Shown one piece after another: positions 55,837-63,119 of a stretch of 64,000 nt of DNA. A program made the position numbers and the translations under genes. The notes below the pieces were generated by a model. That model was not told the DNA's origin, searched no databases, and was given only the letters and a program-made list of their open reading frames with translations. This stretch comes from a virus (taxonomy: Duplodnaviria; Heunggongvirae; Uroviricota; Caudoviricetes; Demerecviridae): the IMG/VR virus record IMGVR_UViG_3300016480_000208; one strand, written 5' to 3'. How positions within the stretch are numbered: position 1 is the stretch's first letter; every line of letters begins with the position of its first letter.

Positions 55837-56316
55837 ATGAAATCAATTGTACTTCTTTTAGGACTAATCTCAGCTTCAGCTCTTGCTAGCCCAGTAGGTT
55901 TAGTTTATTACCCACAACAGCAAGGTGTACAAGCAATCTATGACAACTTCTACGTCGGGTATGCTGGCAAGGGCCGTGATGACACCACAGTAATCGTAAA
56001 AGAAAACTATGGCGTCACACAAGACCAAACCTATATCTCTACTGAACGTGAGTGGTTTGACTACAATGTTCAAGTAGGTATGGTTGGGTATACAGATTAT
56101 AAGGTGTACCCATTCGCAGGTCTTACCTACAGCAATGACCGTAGTAATGAGGTAATCACCATTGACTCCCAGCACTACGCAACCTATGACCATAGTGACC
56201 ACACTGTTGGGTTTGAAGCAGGTTTGCTTTACGAGTTCTACCCACACGCATTGGCGGGTTTGAAATTCTCCACCCAGTATGAGACGGTGCATTTCGGACT
56301 TGGGGTTAAGTTTTAA
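55837..56316 (+). CDS. Secreted 8-strand beta-barrel outer-membrane-protein-like protein (Lom / Ail / OmpX-like).
   Basis: Signal peptide MKSIVLLLGLISASALA, alternating aromatic beta-strands and a C-terminal ...GVKF. A strong hairpin terminator follows. Confidence 0.5.
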   Translation: MKSIVLLLGLISASALASPVGLVYYPQQQGVQAIYDNFYVGYAGKGRDDTTVIVKENYGVTQDQTYISTEREWFDYNVQVGMVGYTDYKVYPFAGLTYSNDRSNEVITIDSQHYATYDHSDHTVGFEAGLLYEFYPHALAGLKFSTQYETVHFGLGVKF

Positions 56317-56319
56317 TCA

Positions 56320-56348
56320 AGGGAGCCTCAGGGCTCCCTTTGTTTTTG
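56320..56348 (+). terminator. Rho-independent terminator after the OMP-like gene.
   Basis: agggagcc tcag ggctccct followed by tttgttttt. Confidence 0.8.
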
Positions 56349-56358
56349 GAGAGAATAT

Positions 56359-58527
56359 ATGCCTATTTATGTTGGCAACACTGGGGCCTAGAAAATATTA
56401 GGTCTAACAAAAACCTCCCAGGATTAGTGGAACGTAAAGCCAGATACTATATTCCACTCCTCCCTGCCGTATGTAGAAGTAATCGAGCATTATATGCCTG
56501 TTGCGTATAAACACTAGGCTGCACCTTACGACTATCTAGTAAAAGATTATAACCCAGACTACTGGGGGACAGTAACAGTCTACGACTGGTTTAATTACTA
56601 CAACTACGCACCAATAAATGGTAATAAGTATCACAACATTCACTACTATGAGTAGGTATTAACTGATTAGGTGAAATCCTTCTTAAGATACACCAACAAT
56701 TAGTACATACTAATATACCACTTGAGCAATGGCGCCCAAGTAATGATGCCTTAGCATAATTCAGACATAAAGACCACGCACAAAGGGGATTTGCAACATC
56801 TGGACTAGACCGAAGGCAACATATAGACACCAAACTAGGGTTATAGAGCTAGAATGGATCAACTCAAGGCTATTGATAGCCCTTGGGACTTAACGGGGTA
56901 TCAGGACGTATACTGGTTCCAGTACGCTTTTGTGCAGCCTTCCGCAAATGGTGTAGTAACAACACCTAATGGAATAGTGAGTACCCTTGATATTACTGTT
57001 ACTGGTATTACTATTCTTCAGTTAGTGGGGTTAAACCTTGTATAGGCAACCCCAGGAGCAAACCCGCTATCTACCTAGCCCTTGAACCCTTAGCAGCAAG
57101 GGGCTGTTCTTATTTCTAGGGATTCCTTGAATATATAGGGAGTAGAATATAAAAACAAAAAATTCCTACAGGTGCTAACTAACCCGATTACCACAACAGG
57201 CAGTTAGGCGGTAAACGTATCTACTTAGAACTTATAGGTTACAAATCTGTACGCCTCTTCTCCCAGCTTCCAATGGGGGACTAGACTAGACTATCTAGCG
57301 AAATATCGTGACGGGGGCTTCATGAACGTAGGTATAACCTAGGGTTCTTCACAGTACACCTTAATAAATTATCCTCTGGGGCAGGAGTGGTACTCTAATG
57401 TCCCTGCTGTAGGTGCTTGGGGCGTCCTGCCAGGCAATAACATGACAACATATAGTGGGGCTGTACCAGGGTACTGGCCTTATAGTTTTTATGGTGGTGC
57501 GTCAGTTGGGGTTAATTCTTGGAAAGGTAGTATTAGGAAACCCAAAGAGCTTATTTAGCAGTCTTGGTAGCACACCTTTACTAGACTTAGCTAGACCGAT
57601 ACCTGGACTCTAGGTCAGTACTTTAACCAAGGGCTAGCAAATCGCCTTGGTTCTGAGGTTCAATACTTCTAGGGCGTGTAGATTACCTCTCTAAGTAAGT
57701 AGTAGGGTATTGCGTTCGATAGTTCACACCCTAGCATCAATTAGGGTGCCCAATATAAGATGTTCTCGCCAGATTCGCAAATGGTTGCAAGAATTGGTAA
57801 AACATACGCAGCAGCTATCCCACAAGATACCTTTAGCGGGTCACCCTACTATTCTGGGACACGGAATTTCCCATAGTACGAAGATGATATTCTTGTATCA
57901 ATAATTGATTTGGGATAGGAAGAGCAGTAGACCAACAACTTCTTCCTAACATCCTACATTCAAGACCAGGATTTAATTAACCTGTCCTATGCTAATACCT
58001 TGAGGTTTATTGTATCTGGGGGCGTTATCTCATACCAAGAGAATAACTTTAACCCAAGCTACAACATACCTAAGTAGTGCTTATTCTATAGATAGCCGTA
58101 TGATGGGGTTGGTGGGCAATGGTACAAGTCTGTGCAAGCCAATAATGGTTCCCCTGTATGGTTTGGTTATCCAGATTGGTACTACAGCAACTACGACTTA
58201 CCTACAGATATGATAGGATTCCCTTTCCAATCAAACCATATACGTAATAGGTAGGTTTCTGTGGTAAGCTTGCCAGTAGGTGCACAATATATCTTGAAAG
58301 AAGAGCTAAACCCACAGTCAAGCTACGCGTGGAACGGGCCAGACCAAGTTAGGGGGGTACGAAGCTCCATCTAGTATCTTCGTAGAATCTCTTAGTCCAG
58401 AATTGAGGTGCGCCTCAACGTACATAAGACACAGTAGCACAGTGTTTTCTCTAATGGTGGGTATCTTGGTTTCGGTACTTTTGGGTCTAGCGTAGTTCAA
58501 AACTTCTAGATATGCCCTATACTGTAA
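56359..58527 (+). CDS. Long TAG-rich gene: 723 codons with 36 in-frame TAG and no TAA or TGA until the terminal TAA. The Y/N/G/W/T-rich protein may be structural or receptor-binding.
   Basis: Codon-by-codon check against coordinates. The listed ORF 56854..57045 is an in-frame fragment. ATG at 56359. Confidence 0.6.
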
Positions 58528-58542
58528 TTTTAAAACATTTTA

Positions 58543-58812
58543 TTGATTTCCTCCGAACCGTTTATTTGCTATAATTGTTTTATAAATTGGAACGGAGGAA
58601 TAAAAATGTTAGTTGGACTTGATAGTATTGTAGATATTACTGAGCTGCATGTGGTTCTTAGAGACTCACATCCGGCCTATATGGAGTTGACCTATATATA
58701 CAAAATCACCCACTACGGTGAAATGGATCAAAATTTCAACACAGATCTGTGTGCAGCTATTACTAATCGCCTGCAAGCGGTCTTGCAGGAAGGCGTTGAA
58801 GGTGAGGACTAA
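58543..58812 (+). CDS. Hypothetical protein.
   Basis: 89-aa ORF with an upstream tataat block. Confidence 0.4.
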   Translation: MISSEPFICYNCFINWNGGIKMLVGLDSIVDITELHVVLRDSHPAYMELTYIYKITHYGEMDQNFNTDLCAAITNRLQAVLQEGVEGED

Positions 58813-58814
58813 AT

Positions 58815-59081
58815 ATGGAACAAGATATTGAGCAACTGAGTGTACCGGTACCTGTAGGCAAGAACAGTGTTGTTGTCATTTCTCCCAACTTTGAGCGTTT
58901 AGAGGACGAGGGCATTATTGGCCTTGACTGTACTTGCTACCTAAACGTGCTGGGAAATGACGAGCACGATGAAGATTCCGAACAGGGAACTGAGTCCCTT
59001 TTGGAAGAAGCCTCTGCCTTCTTCGGAAAAGTACTCGAAGATTACGCAGCATACGTTATTGCTACACAGAAACCTGAGTAA
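58815..59081 (+). CDS. Hypothetical acidic protein.
   Basis: 88-aa ORF. Confidence 0.4.
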   Translation: MEQDIEQLSVPVPVGKNSVVVISPNFERLEDEGIIGLDCTCYLNVLGNDEHDEDSEQGTESLLEEASAFFGKVLEDYAAYVIATQKPE

Positions 59082-59086
59082 GTGAT

Positions 59087-59518
59087 ATGACGCGAGTAAA
59101 CACTATAGACCCTAAGCTATTGCTGGATCAACACCTAACAAGGGAGTACCAAGAAATAACTCGCGTCAGCTCCCTAGCGAGAGCATACACAGCAAAAGAC
59201 AAGGTACCAAAAGAATATGTTTTAGGTACAGGTCATGTTCTGTTCTTTTACGATAAGGGTGAATTTTTACGCAAAAGATGTGAACTCTTATACGCAGAGT
59301 GCAAACGTAGAGGTTTTAACGTAGAGTACAAAGAGTATAGGCCACACCCAGAAGGTCTTAATAATGACTGGAATCCTAGTCTGACAGACCATCTTGTAAA
59401 CCTCTCGCGGTTGCAAGAGAAACTAGATATGAAACCAGACTGGTATAAGTATCTTAGAGACGACCTAAATGACCCATATCACTATCAAAATCTACCTTGC
59501 CTAGTAAATCTGCAATAA
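59087..59518 (+). CDS. denV: Pyrimidine-dimer DNA glycosylase (T4 endonuclease V, DenV family).
   Basis: MTRVNTIDPKLLLDQHLTREYQEITRV...GTGHVLFFYDKGEFLRKR...WYKY aligns closely to T4 endonuclease V. Confidence 0.8.
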   Translation: MTRVNTIDPKLLLDQHLTREYQEITRVSSLARAYTAKDKVPKEYVLGTGHVLFFYDKGEFLRKRCELLYAECKRRGFNVEYKEYRPHPEGLNNDWNPSLTDHLVNLSRLQEKLDMKPDWYKYLRDDLNDPYHYQNLPCLVNLQ

Positions 59519-59526
59519 AATAAAGA

Positions 59527-59555
59527 TTGCACAACAGCCAATTATTTGAGATAAT
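59527..59555 (+). promoter_or_regulatory. Promoter of the same family (TTGCAC-17-GATAAT). It is followed by the same 'ataataatcaYatgaaatcgRga' leader seen before the suppressor tRNA.
   Basis: Seen in sequence. Confidence 0.55.
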
Positions 59556-59942
59556 AATCACATGAAATCGGGAACGTTAAGTTGCTTATTTCATGAAGTG
59601 GCGTAACGCAGAGCGGTGCACCGACTCATACGTGTGACATAGCTTCCTTTAATTAGTGAAGCCCCACGAGGGCAGACCAAGCTCCTCAGAAAACAATCTT
59701 GGAGATTCTAGTTAAGTCCACAGCGGAGTAGACAGTAACTAATATCTGCTAGAGGGTGCCGATCTTGTGTGTTGAAGGCTACTAGGGCTACCACACAATA
59801 CTTACGCAATGCCAGCTTAATAAGCGATTAGCTGTAAGTCCCTGACACTGAAAAACTATCGGAAAACTTCTGGGTTAGATACCAGACTGGAAGTGAGTTA
59901 CATAGCCCGAGTGCTTCAGACTTCCACACTTTAAAATAAAAG

Positions 59943-59971
59943 TTGCTATTCACTCTGATTCTTGTTACAAT
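59943..59971 (+). promoter_or_regulatory. Promoter (TTGCTA-17-TACAAT).
   Basis: Seen in sequence. Confidence 0.5.
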
Positions 59972-60034
59972 ATTAGAATCAAAGAACGAAAAGAAACTTG
60001 GTTGGTGAGCAGTGAAAGCGTTGTAAAATACTTC

Positions 60035-60063
60035 TTGCCCAATACTGAAAAGTTTGTTATAAT
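60035..60063 (+). promoter_or_regulatory. Promoter (TTGCCC-17-TATAAT).
   Basis: Seen in sequence. Confidence 0.5.
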
Positions 60064-60276
60064 AATCGTACAAAATCAAAAAGGCGTTGGCTTCTCCTCG
60101 ACGGGTGCCAAAAAATTACCGCCCACTAATTAGTCGCCAAGAGTGTGACTATAGCTGGGAAGAAGCTGGAATCGTCAACCAGCACTCTGTTGGCGCAGAG
60201 TTAGTATATTGTAGGCCGGGGCCGCGCTGAAATGCAACTTAAGGCCCTAGGAGCTAACGACCTTTTTGATTTTATT

Positions 60277-60363
60277 GGTGAATATGAGCAATGTGGTTAG
60301 CTTCAGCGGTCTGTAAAACCGTGCTCTCTGGGCCTGTTGGTTCGATTCCAACATTCACCACCA
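60277..60363 (+). tRNA. tRNA-Tyr (GUA), type II long variable arm.
   Basis: Acceptor ggtgaat/attcacc+a+cca, T-arm gttgg-ttcgatt-ccaac, anticodon loop ctGTAaa. Confidence 0.6.
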
Positions 60364-60369
60364 ATTTCT

Positions 60370-60455
60370 GGAGGTTTTGAGCAGTATGGCGAGCTCAGGT
60401 GGCTGTAACCCACTAACTTCTATGTTTATAGGTTCGAATCCTATAACCTCCACCA
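60370..60455 (+). tRNA. tRNA-Tyr (GUA) second copy, type II.
   Basis: Acceptor ggaggtt/aacctcc, D-stem gagc/gctc, anticodon loop ctGTAac, T-arm atagg-ttcgaat-cctat. Confidence 0.6.
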
Positions 60456-60461
60456 ATTTCT

Positions 60462-60577
60462 GGACTTGTAGCGACAACGGTTCGATAGGTGTACCCTGTG
60501 TGCGGAGTAATCTGTAATCACTATCAGGTAAAATCCCTATGGAGCGGTGACTGGTTGGAATCCAGTAAAGTCCACCA
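60462..60577 (+). ncRNA. Oversized tRNA-like element (116 nt) with a canonical acceptor and T-arm but an unresolved core.
   Basis: 5' ggacttg pairs with 3' aaagtcc+a+cca; T-arm actgg-ttggaat-ccagt; no standard D or anticodon arms could be placed. Confidence 0.3.
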
Positions 60578-60584
60578 ATTTAAT

Positions 60585-60659
60585 ATTGGCGTGTTCTAAC
60601 GGTAAGATGCAGGTCTCCAAAACCTTGCGATGAGGGTTCGAATCCTTCCGCCTTTGCCA
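60585..60659 (+). tRNA. tRNA-Trp (CCA)-like with A1-U72, G73 and two U:U acceptor mismatches (possibly degenerate).
   Basis: Anticodon stem-loop caggt-ctCCAaa-acctt, T-arm gaggg-ttcgaat-ccttc, 3' cgcctttgcca. Confidence 0.4.
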
Positions 60660-60665
60660 GTTAAT

Positions 60666-60741
60666 AGACCACTAACTTAATGGTTAGAGTATCCGCCTCT
60701 TAAGCGGAAGGTTCTGAGTTCGAGTCTCAGGTGGTCTACCA
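60666..60741 (+). tRNA. tRNA-Lys (CUU).
   Basis: Acceptor agaccac/gtggtct, D actt/gagt, anticodon tccgc-ctCTTaa-gcgga, T-loop ttcgagt. Confidence 0.8.
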
Positions 60742-60923
60742 GTTTTGCAAGTATAATGTATGAGAAGAATGAGGTAAGCGTGGGGTAACGTTCTCAAGGG
60801 TACACGGTTAGAAAGACACTCGTAATATTAGTCGTCCAGCCCTTATGCCGTGTGAAGTCTAGCCTTTAGGGCAGACCAGATTCCTGATAAAGCCTACAGA
60901 TTATACTTGCAAATTTATTTAAT

Positions 60924-60997
60924 GCTCGGTTATTTTAACGGGAGAATACTTCCCTTACAAGGAAGAGGAGTTGGTTCGATTCCAACACTGAGTACCA
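60924..60997 (+). tRNA. tRNA-Val (UAC).
   Basis: Acceptor gctcggt/actgagt, anticodon cttcc-ctTACaa-ggaag, T-arm gttgg-ttcgatt-ccaac. Confidence 0.7.
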
Positions 60998-61003
60998 AAC
61001 AGT

Positions 61004-61079
61004 TGAGACGTTGTGTAATTGGTTAGCACATGTGACTTTGACTCACATAGTTAGGGTTCGAGCCCCTACGTCTCTGCCA
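61004..61079 (+). tRNA. tRNA-Gln (UUG).
   Basis: Anticodon tgtga-ctTTGac-tcaca, T-arm taggg-ttcgagc-cccta, 3' ...cgtctctgcca. Confidence 0.65.
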
Positions 61080-61173
61080 AACACTCTAAACCTGAATTAA
61101 CAGGGGAAGGGGGCCGTGAGTGTACTATGTAATCCTCCAGGTTATAGAGTAAATATACGGCTCTGCCAATTTT

Positions 61174-61250
61174 GGGTTAGAAGCACATAAGGTATGTGCG
61201 GTCGCCTGTTAAGCGAATGGTAGAAGGTTCGAATCCTTCCTGGCCCGCCA
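61174..61250 (+). tRNA. tRNA-Asn (GUU).
   Basis: Acceptor gggttag/ctggccc, anticodon gtcgc-ctGTTaa-gcgaa, T-arm gaagg-ttcgaat-ccttc. Confidence 0.7.
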
Positions 61251-61264
61251 AATTAAAACAAAGA

Positions 61265-61293
61265 TTGCTATCAAGCTGACAACTTGATATAAT
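61265..61293 (+). promoter_or_regulatory. Promoter of the same family (TTGCTA-17-tgaTATAAT) inside the tRNA island.
   Basis: Near-identical to the 62389 module. Confidence 0.65.
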
Positions 61294-61315
61294 ATCTTCA
61301 GAAATTAAGAATAAT

Positions 61316-61393
61316 GCGTCACTAATTCAATTGGTTTAGAATATCCGGCTTTTAACCGGAAGGTTGTAGGTTCGAGTCCTACGTGGCGTACCA
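61316..61393 (+). tRNA. tRNA-Lys (UUU).
   Basis: Acceptor gcgtcac/gtggcgt, D attc/gaat, anticodon tccgg-ctTTTaa-ccgga, T-arm gtagg-ttcgagt-cctac. Confidence 0.8.
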
Positions 61394-61400
61394 TTTTAAT

Positions 61401-61475
61401 GCTCCTATCGACTAGCGGTTAGGTCACTACCCTTTCAAGGTAGTAACATGGGTTCGAATCCCATTAGGAGTACCA
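61401..61475 (+). tRNA. tRNA-Glu (UUC).
   Basis: Acceptor gctccta/taggagt, anticodon ctacc-ctTTCaa-ggtag, T-arm atggg-ttcgaat-cccat. Confidence 0.8.
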
Positions 61476-61490
61476 TTTAAGAGAGTTAAA

Positions 61491-61814
61491 ATGTATAATA
61501 ACGGAAAAGTAGCAGAAATAACTGCAATGCTGCACTATGCAGAAGCGGGTTATGAGATATTTCTCCCACAAGGTTCATAGTCCTGTGACTTTATTGCTCT
61601 TTCCTCAGAAAGACTTATAAGGGTAGAGGTTAAGTCCACGGGTTAGGTTAACGGGGAAATAGACCTAAGAAAAAGAACCCATACTACTACCACAAAAACT
61701 CAGCATTTTAACTCTAATAAGAGTGATGAAACTTTCTTGTATAATCTACTTACAAAGTAGTTTAAGATAGTGTAGTCAAACACTTTAGAAGGTAGACGTT
61801 CTATACGCGTCTAA
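61491..61814 (+). CDS. Small PD-(D/E)XK nuclease (Hjc-like resolvase / homing-endonuclease-like) inside the tRNA island, 4 in-frame TAG codons; its 3' extent is uncertain.
   Basis: GKVAEITAMLHYAEAGYEIFLPQGS*SCDFIALSSERLIRVEVKSTG matches the Hjc-type E...D...EVK motif. RBS gagag. Confidence 0.4.
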
Positions 61815-61906
61815 TACCAGAACTTCCTTTGCTGTCCACGGACGCTATGGGTTGCTGGAGCAAGCAAGGCTCTGCCCAGCGTGAAGTCGCCTTGCAACAT
61901 TTTAAT

Positions 61907-61981
61907 GCTCTGTTAGTTTAATGGAGAGAACACTTCGCTACGGACGAAGAGGTCTGGGTTCGACTCCTAGACGGAGTACCA
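61907..61981 (+). tRNA. tRNA-Arg (ACG).
   Basis: Acceptor gctctgt/acggagt, anticodon cttcg-ctACGga-cgaag, T-arm ctggg-ttcgact-cctag. Confidence 0.8.
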
Positions 61982-62290
61982 CTTTTGCCTTGGCCGGCAA
62001 GAAGTCTAGCTAGTAGACTATAACAGCAAGCACGGTTATGGGCCGGATAGCTCATACGTCCAGCCACCCGACGTAAAATAGGGGTTCGTTATGGCAGCTT
62101 ATCGAAGTAAAGCTGGTCGGATATAGCCTAACCGTGAGAAAGGCTGGCCTGTTCCCTCTAACAAAGTCAGGTGGAAGTATCTCTTAGATGTCCAGAGCGG
62201 ATCCCGTTGGGTTGATGCGTGTGTCGGTCTAATTCATACAAGCCATCAGGATTAGCCATCCATAGAGGGGTTTTTAAAGCGTTTTCTGGC

Positions 62291-62367
62291 GTGGGCATAG
62301 GTTATGTCTGGTTAAACTCCACGTTGTGACCGTGGGAAAATGGGTTCAAATCCCATTGCTCACCCCA
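62291..62367 (+). tRNA. tRNA-His (GUG).
   Basis: Acceptor gtgggca/tgctcac + C73, anticodon ccacg-ttGTGac-cgtgg, T-arm atggg-ttcaaat-cccat. Confidence 0.7.
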
Positions 62368-62388
62368 GAGAACGTTTTAAAATAATAA

Positions 62389-62417
62389 TTGCTATCAAGG
62401 TATTAACTTGATATAAT
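62389..62417 (+). promoter_or_regulatory. Strong promoter upstream of the suppressor tRNA (TTGCTA, 17-bp spacer, extended tgaTATAAT).
   Basis: ttgcta 62389-94 and tataat 62412-17. The same module is at 61265-93 (before tRNA-Lys UUU) and 59527-55. Confidence 0.7.
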
Positions 62418-62446
62418 AATCATATGAAATCGAGAGTGGTTTTGAT

Positions 62447-62521
62447 GGGGCATTAGCTCAATGGGAGAGCGGCGGACTCTAAATTCGCTGGTTAACGGTT
62501 CGAGTCCGTTATGCTCCACCA
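62447..62521 (+). tRNA. Amber-suppressor tRNA, anticodon CUA, on a tRNA-Ala-like body (G3:U70, A73). Predicted to decode TAG as alanine.
   Basis: Full cloverleaf: acceptor ggggcat/atgctcc+A+cca with the G3:U70 wobble; D-arm tagctcaatgggagagc (E. coli tRNA-Ala-like); anticodon arm gcgga-ctCTAaa-ttcgc; variable tggtt; T-arm aacgg-ttcgagt-ccgtt. A promoter lies 30 nt upstream. Confidence 0.85.
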
Positions 62522-62533
62522 AAACTACTTTTC

Positions 62534-62609
62534 GGGGCTATAGTTTACATGGGTAAAACCGCTGCCTTGCAAGCAGCAGAATTCGGTTCAATTCCGAATA
62601 GCTCCACCA
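62534..62609 (+). tRNA. tRNA-Ala (UGC).
   Basis: Acceptor ggggcta/tagctcc (G3:U70), A73; anticodon gctgc-ctTGCaa-gcagc; T-arm ttcgg-ttcaatt-ccgaa. Confidence 0.8.
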
Positions 62610-62615
62610 AATAAT

Positions 62616-62714
62616 ACAGGTAAAGTCCAGTGGTTGCTGGTACGAATCAATAAGAAATCTATTTGGGTAGTCCAGTTAGGTTCCGCGGAGGTTCGACTCC
62701 TCATACCTGTTCCA
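62616..62714 (+). ncRNA. Oversized tRNA-like element (99 nt) with a perfect 7-bp acceptor and a T-arm but an unresolved core.
   Basis: 5' acaggta pairs with 3' tacctgt+t+cca; T-arm ggagg-ttcgact-cctc; no convincing anticodon arm found. Confidence 0.3.
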
Positions 62715-62720
62715 AATAAT

Positions 62721-62798
62721 CCGTGTGTAGGCTAGTCAGGTTAGGTCGTCTGGTTTGGGACCAGAAAGTCGAAGGTTCGAATCCTTCCACACGGACCA
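62721..62798 (+). tRNA. tRNA-Pro (UGG).
   Basis: Acceptor ccgtgtg/cacacgg, anticodon tctgg-ttTGGga-ccaga, T-arm gaagg-ttcgaat-ccttc. Confidence 0.8.
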
Positions 62799-62822
62799 AT
62801 TTTCTTAGTAAGGATCTCTGTA

Positions 62823-63022
62823 TGAGAAATAAAACTCGTATGTTTATTGTAGAGCATAAAGGTGAACAGTATATTCAGAAAACTGGAACCTTAAATTTTA
62901 TTTCTCTAAAAGATGGAAGTACGATTCCGGGGGACATAGCCGAAGAATTGGATAGACTGAATAAGTTTAAACATGATTTCGGGTCAAAAACTGGGTGGAA
63001 ATCCGTCTTTACTATAGTTTAA
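62823..63022 (+). CDS. Small hypothetical protein between tRNA-Pro and the tRNA-Met-like gene.
   Basis: ATG with RBS aagga. The longer listed ORF 62723..63022 starts inside tRNA-Pro. Confidence 0.35.
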
Positions 63023-63027
63023 TTGAC

Positions 63028-63101
63028 GCGCTTGGGAGGTAAGGCATCTCACTGGTCTCATAAGCCAGTAGAAGTGGGTTCGATTCCCACTTGCGCAACC
63101 A
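63028..63101 (+). tRNA. tRNA-Met (CAU)-like elongator with an imperfect acceptor stem.
   Basis: Anticodon ctggt-ctCATaa-gccag, T-arm gtggg-ttcgatt-cccac, 3' ttgcgcaacca; the 5' acceptor has two mismatches. Confidence 0.45.
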
Positions 63102-63119
63102 AATAACCAAGGATACTTA

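Noticed and set aside
55509-55841. NrdG activase downstream of nrdD
   Set aside because: The ORF there lacks the radical-SAM CxxxCxxC motif, so it is listed only as hypothetical in the summary; nrdG is probably elsewhere.
60277-60455. Calling the two adjacent type II tRNAs Ser or Leu
   Set aside because: Both anticodon loops read cuGUAa, which is Tyr. Bacterial-type tRNA-Tyr also has a long variable arm, so Tyr x2 is retained, with moderate confidence.
60591-60603. Second CUA-like loop 'ttctaac' near 60594
   Set aside because: No flanking 5-bp stem can be formed, so it is not a tRNA anticodon arm. The same holds for 'ctctaaa' at 61085 and 'ctctaac' at 62148.
62447-62521. TAG = Gln (standard code-15 interpretation)
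   Set aside because: This is the commonest phage recoding. I consider it less likely here because the suppressor has Ala identity elements (G3:U70, A73), lacks tRNA-Gln features (U1-A72, G73), and TAG positions align to G/A/S and sit in TM helices. It cannot be excluded without experimental or larger-alignment evidence.
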